A DNA stretch of 64,000 nt from Macrostomum lignano (taxonomy: Eukaryota): contig NIVC01000031.1 in NCBI GenBank assembly GCA_002269645.1, forward strand, positions 1,116,001 to 1,180,000. Direction: 5' to 3'. Under the pieces are notes generated by a model. That model saw nothing but the letters and a program-made list of their open reading frames with translations, was not told where the DNA came from and did not search any database. This document shows positions 46,101 through 58,800 of the stretch, piece by piece. The stretch's first letter is position 1, and each line of letters starts with the position of its first letter. The position numbers were made by a program, and so were the translations under genes.

Positions 46101-48056
46101 GCCTTAGTATTGAGCCATAATAATTGTTAGAATGACAAAATAGTCATAAACAATTTCTATTGCACTGCTTTGCCAATTGACCTAACCCCTTTGGCACTAT
46201 ATATCCAGCCTAAAGAGGTCTATTCATTTCTTGAGACTGCTTTCCTTAGTGCTAGAAAAGCATTGGATTAGAAAGCATTTTCAGATTAGTTATATGGACT
46301 AGCTATGGCCAATACAAGCAATGGCTAATCTATATCTATAAACTATGATTTATGGTTTTTAATGATTTAAAAATAGCTAACAATAAGTTATAAGTGTTAC
46401 AGGCATGTTTCCTATATGCTAGGAAATCTCACAACTGCCACTAGGCCTAGCTATAGTAGGGATACTGCTTTTCACCTTGTGAGTATCCTAAAAGTTGCCA
46501 CCAAAGTTGTACAAGGCTTTCCTTTTGTCCCTTAAATGTTCTATTGCTGCCACCAAGACTATTCTATTATGAATTTATTTTCCTAGAATAAGTCTGAGAA
46601 AAGTTCTTAGTATAGGTCTGAGTATTTATCTAAGCATAGGTCTGAGTATTAGTCTGAGAATTGTTCTAAGTATTAGCTAACTCTCATAGGTAGCATTCTA
46701 TTAATATTCTGGTAGCATTCCACTGTTATTCTTGTAGTATTCTTACTATTATTCTGGTAGCATTCTTATTGTTATTCGGTATATGTACTACATATATGAT
46801 CTTTCCAATCCTGAGCATTTCCAGGATCAAAGGGTCATAGCTTCTAGTACTCTATATATACTGCTAAGATCTACTTCATATTTCTCCTTTCTGGTTCTTT
46901 ACTTTTCAGTAGTATATACAGTATATTGTCCTATTTCACTTCAATAGAAAATGAATTATCTTGGAAAATAGTCTTCAATTATATTTACTTGGAACTCTTA
47001 TTATTGGCTACTAGCTTTCTCTCTCAATGAACCACAATGTGTGAGGTTGGTACTTCCTCCACTGAGATTTGCTTCTATTTATACTAAATTTTGTGTTGGT
47101 TTTAAGAAAAATTAGACTTGTAAAATATTATAAATATATATATATGTTATAGCAAATTGTTTTTCTTAGTTTTTGGCACATTCAAATGTATTATAATCAT
47201 AGAAACATAGAACTGAGATGCCCCTTACATAAGAATAGAAAAGGTAAGCTTTATCAAGCATAAAGGAGAGAGCTAATGTATATTATGGGCCAATACATTT
47301 AATAATAAAATTTCCTTTTTTGACAAAGTCACGAAAATGTTTCTATAGGCCTAGTAAATAAATAAAGCTTAAAAGCAACATTTTTACATATATAACATTT
47401 TTTATATCAATTAGTTCCCCAGTTGTAATTTAGAATAATTTTAATTGTCATCATTGGCTAGCAATGAATTCCACTTCTATTAGTGGTTAGCCTGTTATTA
47501 ATATTGCTTTGCTGGGGAGGAAGCTTATTAATATTTCAATATCATATTGTTTTGGTCTTAGCTTAAACAGTTTTACTCTATAATGTAATTTTTGAAAAAA
47601 GGAAATTTTATCTTTTTGTCAAATATTTTGCTTAAGTATTGGAATATTTTAGCATGTCATATATGCTTTGGAATTATTACATTTCAATGTTATAATTCAA
47701 CACTGTGCAATATAGTCCACCAACAATAAGCTAGATAAATGGCAATATTCTCCCTAGACTAACAATTGTTTTGTGCCTTGTTGCAAAATAGATTTATCTA
47801 TTTTTTAAAAAAGCAATGGACATGTCATTATTTGAATAATTTACTTATATATTTATATTTGTAGGACACATTAGTATTCTATAGATTTTAAATCTATTGT
47901 AAGAGTTCTTAGATTAAGATGTCTATAAGATATTGTGATGAAAAAAAATCACCTAAATAAATATTTTTCATGATCAACCAACCAAGGCAAGAATTAATAC
48001 TAAAATATAGTTAAGTTAATCGATATAGATTCTGTCTGGCATCATCAGTCATCATA

Positions 48057-51000
48057 ATGGCATCTCAGCATCACGCAGCTGATGATGTTTGCAATCCTTA
48101 TAAAGAGTTGCAAAACTTGAAACCGGACCCAGATATGCAACGCATTCATCTGGTCTCAATGTCTGAGCAGACTCTGCAGCTGCTCAGAGCTGAGTCTAAA
48201 GCCGAATTCAGTCACATGAAGGACACTAAAAATGTTGTTATTATAATATTTGGCGCTTCCGGTGATTTGGCTAAGAAGAAAATCTACCCGACATTGTGGT
48301 GGCTATTCAAAGATAAGCTTTTGCCGCCAAACACTTTCTTTATTGGCTATTCTAGGTCGAGTCTGACTGTGCAAATGGTCAGGGACAATGCTAAGCCATA
48401 TCTGCGCACCGTTGATGGCGAACAAGAACGATTGGATGCTTTCTTTGCTAGGAATTCCTATGTGCAGGTGAAGGATTAATTCAGACTTGTTTGATTTAGA
48501 AAACAGTTGAGTGAGATTCGAAGGCAGTAAGGAATGGTAGGGTAGAGTAGAAGACAGTAGGAGAGGGTAGAAGACAGTAGGGGAGGGTAGAAAACGGTAG
48601 GGGAGGGTAGAAGACAGTAGGGGAGGGTAGAAGACAGTAGAAGACAGTAGAGGAGGGCAGAAGACAGTAGAGTGGGGGTAGAAGACAGTAGTAGAGTGAG
48701 GGTAGAAGACAGTAGAAGACAGTAGAGGAGGGCAGAAGACAGTAGAGGAGGGCAGAAGACAGTAGAGGAGGGCAGAAGACAGTAGTAGAGTGAGGGTAGA
48801 AGACAGTAGAGGAGGGCAGAAGACAGTAGAGTGGGGGTAGAAGACAGTAGTAGAGTGAGGGTAGAAGACAGTAGAAGACAGTAGAGGAGGGCAGAAGACA
48901 GTAGAGGAGGGTAGAAGACAGTAGTAGAGTGAGGGTAGAAGACAGTAGAAGACAGTAGTAGAGTGAGGGTAGAAGACAGTAGAAGACAGTAGAGGAGGGC
49001 AGAAGACAGTAGAGTGGGGGTAGAAGACAGTAGTAGAGTGAGGGTAGAAGACAGTAGAAGACAGTAGAGGAGGGCAGAAGACAGTAGAGGAGGGTAGAAG
49101 ACAGTAGTAGAGTGAGGGTAGAAGACAGTAGGGGAGGGTAGAAGACAGTAGAATGGGGGTAGAATACAGTAGGGGAGGGTAGAAGACAGTAGGGGAGGGT
49201 AGAAGACAGTAGTAGAGTGAGGGTAGAAGACAGTAGAGGAGGGCAGAAGACAGTTAGAGTAAGGGTAGAAGACAGTAGGGGAGGGTAGAAGACAGTAGAA
49301 TGGGGGTAGAATACAGTAGGGGAGGGTAGAAGACAGTAGGGGAGGGTAGAAGACAGTAGTAGAGTGAGGGTAGAAGACAGTAGAAGACAGTAGAGGAGGG
49401 CAGAAGACAGTAGAATGGGGGTAGAATACAGTAGGGGAGGGTAGAAGACAGTAGGGGAGGGTAGAAGACAGTAGTAGAGTGAGGGTAGAAGACAGTAGAA
49501 GACAGTAGAGGAGGGCAGAAGACAGTTAGAGTGAGGGTAGAAGACAGTAGGGGAGGGTAGAAGACAGAAGAATGGGGGTAGAATACAGTAGAATGGGGGT
49601 AGAATACAGTAGGGGAGGGTAGAAGACAGTAGGGGAGGGTAGAATACAGTAGTGGAGGGTAGAATACAGTAGTAGAGTGAGGGTAGAAGACAGTAGTAGA
49701 GTGAGGGTAGAAGACAGTAGAGGAGGGCAGAAGACAGTTAGAGTGAGGGTAAAAGACAGTAGGGGAGGGTAGAAGACAGTAGAATGGGGGTAGAATACAG
49801 TAGGGGAGGGTAGAAGACGGGGGGTGGGGGGTAGAAGTCATTCAGATCAGATCAGAGATTGAAACCAGAGAGATAATATATTTGAGTTTATAACATTATT
49901 TTCTTTTCAATAAGCTTTACCAGTGAAGCTAGTTTTTGAATAAGCAGCTCTCTGTGTGCCCTATTTAATCCAGGGCTCTTACGACAAGCGAGAAGACTTC
50001 GCCAAACTGGAGCAGTACATTCGCAGCAGTACAGAGTACGCCAGTTGCAATCGAGTGTACTACCTGGCCATACCGCCTTCCTTGTTCATGCACGTGGCAA
50101 CTCATTTGAAATCCGAGTGCTTCAGTCCTGATCAACAGGGCTGGTCAAGGGTGATCATTGAGAAACCATTTGGTAGAGATTTGCACACTAGCGAGATCCT
50201 GTCCCAGCACCTATCGAATCTGTTCACTGAGGATCAGGTGTACCGCATTGATCACTATCTGGGCAAGGAGATGGTCCAGAATGTGGTGGTGCTGCGGTTT
50301 GCTAATCGGATTTTGGCGCCATTGTGGAATAGGGATAATATTGCTAACGTGTTGGTCACGTTTAAGGTAAGTCTTTTAGTGTGAACTTTAGCCATTAGTT
50401 AGGTTTCTATGAAGTTTAGCACTTAGGACACATTAAACTTAAGTAGACAATAGGAAAAATTCAAAAGGACACCTTACCAAAAGCCAATAGGACATCTTAA
50501 ACTTTAGCCAAAAGTACACCTTAAACTTTAGTCTAAAGTACATCTAGAACTTTATCAGTACACCTTACACTTTAGTCAAAAAAGACATCTTGAACTTTAG
50601 CCAATAAAAGTACATCTTAAACTTACCAGTCAAAAGGACACCTTGTGACTAGTCAATAGGACACATTAAACTTGACAGCCAATAGGACACATGGAACTTA
50701 TCAGTCAATAAGACTCATGGAACAATTATTAGTCAATAGGACACATTCAATTATCAGCCAATAAGACACCTTGAACTTTAGCAGCCAATAGGACACCTTG
50801 AACTTTAGTAGCCAAAAAATAATACACATTGGACTTCATTGTTAACCTAAACTACCTTATCGGTCGCTTGAAATATCGATTAAAATCTAATAAATGTTGC
50901 AGGAAAACTTTGGCACGGAAGGCCGTGGCGGTTATTTCGACGAATTCGGCATTATTCGAGACGTGATGCAGAATCACCTGTTGCAGGTGCTTAGCTTAAT

Positions 51001-53421
51001 TGCTATGGAGAAGCCGCTGTCAATGGCTGCCGATGATATTCGCGATGAAAAGGTTTGGATGTTTCAAAACTTATCGGTAGTCTAATAAAACATTACTAAT
51101 TTTCTTTTTCTAAAATAACTAGTTCTGCATTTAGCCATTGATTAAAATCATTTCAAAACATATCGGTAGTCTATTAGGCTTATACCTAACTATTGTTTTT
51201 GCTTTATCAGTCTTCTCTCAAAATACTTGGTTATTGCTCCTTTCCAAACATATCGGTAGTGTATTAAAGTCTTACTAAGTGCCTTCTTTCCTATCATCTT
51301 CTAGGAAAGTATATTATCATTTATTATGATTATTTCGAAACATATCGGTAGCTAAAAACACTTAAAACATATGCCTGACGCAGGTGAAGGTACTAAGAAG
51401 TATTCGGCCAATCGAACTCAAAGACATCGTCATCGGGCAATACGTTGCCAATTCGGAAACAGGCAAACCCGGTTACCTTGACGACGCCACTGTACCAGCC
51501 GGGTCGCTGGCGGCCACCTACGGCATGGCGGCGCTGTACATTAAGAACGAACGGTGGGACGGAGTTCCATTCATTATCCGAGCTGGCAAAGCTCTCAACG
51601 AGACTAAATGCGAAGTTCGAATCCAATTTAAAGACGTTAGCGGCGATATATTCGAGTCTGGTGTAGTGCACCGAAACGAGTTAGTAATGCGAGTGCAACC
51701 GAACGAAGCTGTGTACATCAAGTGCATGACAAAGCGGCCAGGCATGGGTTTCGGCGCGGAGGAGACCGAACTAGACCTGTCCTATAGTAAACGATTCTCT
51801 AAGGTTAAGCTGCCGGATGCTTACGAACGATTGCTATTGGATGTACTGTGCGGATCTCAGGTGCGTTTGTGTATTGTAGTTGGGACGGGGTTAAAAATAC
51901 ATGATTCCAGTTGGGATACTACAGATGTACAGTTTTGTATACTATTATAGAATATATAGAGTTTATATATAGCGGTTGGTATGCCCATAGATGGTCACTG
52001 AAAGATCATAGAGGTGGTAGCTAATTGTCACTGAAGGATCATAGAGGTGGTAGCTAATTGTCACTGAAGGATCATAGAGGTGGTAGCTAATTGTCACTGA
52101 AGGATCATAGAGGTGGTAGCTAATTGTCACTGAAAGATCATAGAGGTGGTAGCTAATGGTTACTGAAGGATCATAGAGGTGGTAGCTAATGGTTACTGAA
52201 GGATCATAGAGGTGGTAGCTAATTGTCACTGAAGGATCATAGAGGTGGTAGCTAATTGTCACTGAAGGATCATAGAGGTGGTAGCTAATAGTCACTGAAG
52301 GATCATAGAGGTGGTAGCTAATTGTCACTGAAGGATCATAGAGGTGGTAGCTAATTGTCACTGAAGGATCATAGAGGTGGTAGCTAATAGTCACTGAAGG
52401 ATCATAGAGGTGGTAGCTAATTGTCACTGAAAGATCATAGAGGTGGTAGCTAATTGTCACTGAAGGATCATAGAGGTGGTAGCTAATGGTTACTGAAGGA
52501 TCATAGAGGTGATAGCTAATGGTTACTGAAGGATCATAGAGGTGGTAGCTAATTGTCACTTAAGGATCATAGAGGTGGTAGCTAATGGTTACTGAAGGAT
52601 CATAGAGGTGATAGCTAATGGTTACTGAAGGATCATAGAGTTGATAGCTAATGGTCACTGAAGGATCATTGAGGTGGTAGCTAATTGTCACTGAAGGATC
52701 ATAGAGGTGGTAGCTAATTGTCACTGAAAGATCATAGAGGTGGTAGCTAATTGTCACTGAAGGATCATAGAGGTGGTAGCTAATTGTCACTGAAAGATCA
52801 TAGAATGATTGCAGATAGTAGGTCACTGAAGAATCACTAAAGAAAATGAAGAAAAGAAGGGTGGGAGATGGTCACTGAAGGTTCATAAAGGGTGAAGCAG
52901 ACGGTCACTGAAGGATCATAAAGGGTGTAGCAGACGATCACTGAAGGTTCATAAAGGGTGAAGCAGACGGTCACTGAAGGATCATAAAAGGTGTAGCAGA
53001 CGATCACTGAAGGTTCATAAAGGGTGAAGCAGACGGTCACTGAAGGATCATAAAGGGTGTAGCAGATGTTCATGCCAAATTAAGCTCATTTTTTATCATG
53101 TTTTAATTTTCAATTGAAGAAATAAATAATGCGATTCTACTAGCAGTAGAGTAGTTAGTATTTTCAAAAATCTGAATCTGAAAACAAGCGCTCAATTTTC
53201 AGGTGAATTTCGTTCGCACCGATGAGCTGCGCGAAGCGTGGCGCATATTCACGCCGATTCTGCACGAGTTAGATGCCAAAGCTGTGAAACCTCTGCCGTA
53301 CGCCTACGGCGCTAGGAACGGGCCCCCTGAGGCGGATCAGTTCCTGCGAAATCTGGGATTCACCTTCTCTGGCACTTTCAGCGTTACTAGGGAGTCGCGG
53401 ATCAGCTGCAGTGAGAAGTAA
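48057..53421 (+). CDS. G6PD: Glucose-6-phosphate 1-dehydrogenase
   Basis: Phase-0 exons 48057-48467, 49974-50366, 50903-51052, 51384-51860 and 53203-53421 with GT-AG boundaries (~549 aa). Motifs [42 protein letters not shown] and PDAYERL. Confidence 0.98.
48560..49820. repeat. Purine-rich minisatellite in G6PD intron
   Basis: Variable units of gggtagaagacagtag(aggagg/tagagtgagg/gggagg). Confidence 0.93.
50440..50830. repeat. Degenerate tandem repeat in G6PD intron
   Basis: Recurrent (caata)ggacaccttaaacttt(agc) units. Confidence 0.65.
51990..53070. repeat. 33-bp minisatellite (two subfamilies) in G6PD intron
   Basis: GTCACTGAAGGATCATAGAGGTGGTAGCTAATT (51990-52800), then GTCACTGAAGG(A/T)TCATAAAGGGTG(T/A)AGCAGACG (52870-53070). 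Confidence 0.95.
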
Positions 53422-53579
53422 TGAAAAAGAAGCCTTCCGTTTCTAAATGATTGACAGCTAATGCTAAATAATTTTGGCTAAAATCATTATTCTCTTTATT
53501 TTATTACTTCACAGTTAGGGTAAAAAAGGCCGTAAGTTTATAAACGCTTTGATTATTTTTTTTTTGAAAATTAAGATTA

Positions 53580-54045
53580 ATAAGTTGATAAACTAAAAGA
53601 TTAATGAGTTGATAAACTAGAATATTGATGAGTTGATAAACTAGATTGATGAATTGATAAACTAGAAGATTGATAGGTTAATAACTAAAAGATTGATGAG
53701 TTGGTAAACTAGAATATTGATGAGTTGGTTAACTAGAAGATTGATGAGTTGATAAACTAGAATATTGATGAGTTGATAAACTAGAATATTGATGAGTTGA
53801 TAAACTAGAATATTGATGAGTTGATAAACTAGAATATTGATGAGTTGATAAACTAGAATATTGATGAGTTGATAAACTAGAATATTGATGAGTTGATAAA
53901 CTAGAATATTGATGAGTTGATAAACTAGAATATTGATGAGTTGATAAACTAGAATATTGATGAGTTGATAAACTAGAATATTGATGAGTTGATAGACTAG
54001 AATATTGATGAGTTGATAAACTAGAAGATTGATAAGTTGATAGAC
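53580..54045. repeat. 24-bp minisatellite
   Basis: (GATGAGTTGATAAACTAGAATATT)n downstream of the G6PD stop. Confidence 0.95.
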
Positions 54046-54614
54046 TACATACTGATAAATTAATTGACTTTAATGTTGAGACATTGTTAGATGCATGTAG
54101 GACTATTGATTAATTGATACGCTATTAAAAATATCAGCAGAAAAGTCTCGCAGAAAAAAATCAGTTGCAATTGACACTGGATTCATAAGCAATTATGTCT
54201 GAGGTAGTATATCTTTTCTAGTATACTATTACTCCAAAAGTTACTGACTGATTTTGTGAGTGGATCGGTATGTTCTTGCTCTGTCATTCCTTGCTCATAA
54301 TTTTTGTTTCAGTTTTTAATTCCCGGTTTGTTCGAAAGTTTGTTTTTCAATTTTTCCCGTATTTATCAAATATTGATATAGTATGCATAGCACTCCAGCT
54401 AATAGCCAGCGTTGGAATCAATGTTTTCTACTAAAAATTCAATGCGTTTTATGACTCAAGTTTTTTTTCAATGCATTATAACAACAGTTAGTATGCTGCA
54501 ATACTTCTGTGTGGCGTTTTTTAATAAAAGATATTAATGTGTATTTTTTCTACTTTACTTTTTTTCCAGTAAAAAAACTGTCTACTGTAGTGCGACGTCA
54601 TTGTGCCTCCATGA

Positions 54615-55235
54615 TCGTCAGTTGCTGGGCCACCAGCCTACCAGATCCTCAGTTGCTGGGCCACCAGCCTCCCAGATCCTCAGTTGCTGGGCCACCAGCC
54701 TCCCAGATCCTCAGTTGCTGGGCCACCAGCCTCCCAGATCCTCAGTTGCTGGGCCACCAGCCTCCCAGATCCTCAGTTGCTGGGCCACCAGCCTCCCAGA
54801 TCCTCAGTTGCTGGGCCACCAGCCTCCCAGATCCTCAGTTGCTGGGCCACCAGCCTCCCAGATCCTCAGTTGCTGGGCCACCAGCCTCCCAGATCCTCAG
54901 TTGCTGGGCCACCAGCCTCCCAGATCCTCAGTTTCTGGGCCACCAGCCTCCCAGATCCTCAGTTGCTAGGCCAGCCTCCCTGGTCCTCAGTTGCTGGGCC
55001 ACCAGCCTCCCTGGTCCTCAGTTGCTGGGCCACCAGCCTCCCAGATCCTCAGTTGCTGGGCCACCAGCCTCCCAGATCCTCAGTTGCTGGGCCACCAGCC
55101 TCCCAGATCCTCAGTTGCTGGGCCACCAGCCTCCCAGATCCTCAGTTGCTAGGCCAGCCTCCCTGGTCCTCAGTTGCTAGGCCAGCCTCCCTGGTCCTCA
55201 GTTGCTGAGCCAGCCTCCCAAATCCTCAGTTGCTA
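54615..55235. repeat. 31-bp minisatellite
   Basis: (CCTCAGTTGCTGGGCCACCAGCCTCCCAGAT)n. Confidence 0.96.
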
Positions 55236-55814
55236 AACCATCAGACTTTCATAATGGCACACGCATGTTTGATAATTAGGCAATGTATTATAAGTGCCTA
55301 ATTTCAAATATGAATGCATACTGAGCTTCAGTGTTTTAACTAACAGTTGTCGTATTATTTTGTGTTTGCCTATATTATGCCGCATCATCTGTTGAACGCA
55401 ATCTCCAAATGTTTTGTTCGGTTTTTTAGTATTATGCGATAATTTTTCTGTGCGTTTCGTTGCGTACGTTTTTTGCAGTTCGCGTTTAAAAGTTTTCCTC
55501 TTTTATCACTTTTTGAGCAGATTCAATGTTGTTAGTCTGTTAAAATAATCGTAATATAGAAAAAAAGTTCATTTCTATTCCCGCGTACGTTTTTGTCTTC
55601 TCGGTTGATAAAAAATCGTTTTTCTCCTAGCAATAAAAATTATACAAGCGTATCGTTTGCTTCGTTTTTATTGTTCGTGTTATCACCTGTTTTGTTTGTG
55701 TTGTTAGTTATTTAAAATTAATTGACGGGCGTAGTTTTGGTTTCAAAACTAAGATTGCTGCAGACTTAGTCTTTACGAGTGGAACTTCTCCGTTGGAGGA
55801 GAAAATATAGAGTG

Positions 55815-58800
55815 TGAAAATATGGGGGGGAGTTTTATGATTATAGCTTTAAAGGCTAAATGTACAGGTGTGTGAAGATATGGGTTGGTCGAAGTTTTAT
55901 GATTATAGCTTTGAGGCTAATTGTACAGGTGTGTGAAAATATGGGTTGGTCGAAGTTTTATGATTATAGCTTTGAGGCTAATTGTACAGGTGTGTGAAAA
56001 TATGGGTTGGTCGAAGTTTTATGATTATAGCTTTGAGGCTAAATGTACAGGTGTGTGAAAATATGGGTTGGTCGAAGTTTTATGATTATAGCTTTGAGGC
56101 TAATTGTACAGGTGTGTGAAAATATGGGTTGATTGAAGTTTTATGATTATAGCTTTGAGGCTAAATGTACAGGTGTGTGAAAATATGGGTTGGTCGAAGT
56201 TTTATGATTATAGCTTTGAGGCTAATTGTACAGGTGTGTGAAGATATGGGTTGGTCGAAGTTTTATGATTATAGCTTTGAGGCTAAATGTACAGGTGTGT
56301 GAAAATATGGGTTGGTCGAAGTTTTATGATTATAGCTTTGAGACTAATTGTACAGGTGTGTGAAAATATGGGTTGGTCGAAGTTTTATGATTATAGCTTT
56401 GAGGGTAATTGTACAGGTGTGTGAAAATATGGGGAGGATGAAGTTTTATGATTATAGCTTTGAGGCTAATTGTACAGGTGTGTGAATATATGGTTTGGTC
56501 GAAGTTTTATGATTGTAGCTTTGAGGCTGATTGTACAGGTGTGTGAAAATATGGTTTGGTCGAAGTTTTATGATTGTAGCTTTGAGGCTAATTGTACAGG
56601 TGTGTGAAAATATGGGTTGGTCGAAGTTTTAGATTGTAGCTTTGAGGCTGATTGTACAGGTGTGTGAAAATATGGTTTGGTCGAAGTTTTATGATTATAG
56701 CTTTGACGCTGATTATACAGGTGTGTGAAAATATGGGTTGGTCGAAGTTTTATGATTATAGCTTTGAGGCTAATTGTACAGGTGTGTGAAAATATGGGTT
56801 GGTCGAAGTTTTATGATTATAGCTTTGAGGCTAATTGTACAGGTGTGTGAAAATATGGGTTGATTGAAGTTTTATGATTATAGCTTTGAGGCTAATTATA
56901 CAGGTGTGTGAAAATATGGGTTGGTCGAAGTTTTATGATTATAGCTTTGAGACTAATTGTACAGGTGTGTGAAAATATGGGGATGATGAAGTTTTATGAT
57001 TATAGCTTTGAGACTAATTGTACAGGTGTGTGAAAATATGGGTTGGTCGAAGTTTTATGATTATAGCTTTGAGGGTAATTGTACAGGTGTGTGAAAATAT
57101 GGGGAGGATGAAGTTTTATGATTATAGCTTTGAGGCTAATTGTACAGGTGTGTGAAAATATGGGTTGGTCGAAGTTTTATGATTATAGCTTTGAGGCTAA
57201 TTGTACAGGTGTGTGAAAATATGGGTTGGTCGAAGTTTTATGATTATAGCTTTGAGGCTAAATGTACAGGTGTGTGAAAATATGGGTTGGTCGAAGTTTT
57301 ATGATTATAGCTTTGAGGCTAATTGTACAGGTGTGTGAAAATATGGGTTGATTGAAGTTTTATGATTATAGCTTTGAGGCTAAATGTACAGGTGTGTGAA
57401 AATATGGGTTGGTCGAAGTTTTATGATTATAGCTTTGAGGCTAATTGTACAGGTGTGTGAAGATATGGGTTGGTCGAAGTTTTATGATTATAGCTTTGAG
57501 GCTAAATGTACAGGTGTGTGAAAATATGGGTTGATTGAAGTTTTATGATTATAGCTTTGAGACTAATTGTACAGGTGTGTGAAAATATGGGTTGGTCGAA
57601 GTTTTATGATTATAGCTTTGAGGGTAATTGTACAGGTGTGTGAAAATATGGGGAGGATGAAGTTTTATGATTATAGCTTTGAGGCTAATTGTACAGGTGT
57701 GTGAAAATATGGGTTGGTCGAAGTTTTATGATTATAGCTTTGAGGCTAATTGTACAGGTGTGTGAAAATATGGGTTTGTCGAAGTTTTATGATTATAGCT
57801 TTGAGGCTAAATGTACAGGTGTGTGAAAATATGGGTTGGTCGAAGTTTTATGATTATAGCTTTGAGGCTAATTGTACAGGTGTGTGAAAATATGGGTTGA
57901 TTGAAGTTTTATGATTATAGCTTTGAGGCTAAATGTACAGGTGTGTGAAAATATGGGTTGGTCGAAGTTTTATGATTATAGCTTTGAGGCTAATTGTACA
58001 GGTGTGTGAAGATATGGGTTGGTCGAAGTTTTATGATTATAGCTTTGAGGCTAAATGTACAGGTGTGTGAAAATATGGGTTGGTCGAAGTTTTATGATTA
58101 TAGCTTTGAGACTAATTGTACAGGTGTGTGAAAATATGGGTTGGTCGAAGTTTTATGATTATAGCTTTGAGGGTAATTGTACAGGTGTGTGAAAATATGG
58201 GGAGGATGAAGTTTTATGATTATAGCTTTGAGGCTAATTGTACAGGTGTGTGAAAATATGGGTTGATTGAAGTTTTATGATTATAGCTTTGAGACTAATT
58301 GTACAGGTGTGTGAAAATATGGGTTGGTCGAAGTTTTATGATTATAGCTTTGAGGGTAATTGTACAGGTGTGTGAAAATATGGGGAGGATGAAGTTTTAT
58401 GATTATAGCTTTGAGGCTAATTGTACAGGTGTGTGAAAATATGGGTTGGTCGAAGTTTTATGATTATAGCTTTGAGGCTAATTGTACAGGTGTGTGAAAA
58501 TATGGGTTGGTCGAAGTTTTATGATTATAGCTTTGAGGCTAAATGTACAGGTGTGTGAAAATATGGGTTGGTCGAAGTTTTATGATTATAGCTTTGAGGC
58601 TAATTGTACAGGTGTGTGAAAATATGGGTTGATTGAAGTTTTATGATTATAGCTTTGAGGCTAAATGTACAGGTGTGTGAAAATATGGGTTGGTCGAAGT
58701 TTTATGATTATAGCTTTGAGGCTAATTGTACAGGTGTGTGAAGATATGGGTTGGTCGAAGTTTTATGATTATAGCTTTGAGGCTAAATGTACAGGTGTGT

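Noticed and set aside
49254-49841. Repetitive ORFs in G6PD introns (also 51963-53073) and downstream (54509-55208)
   Set aside because: Translations of minisatellites.
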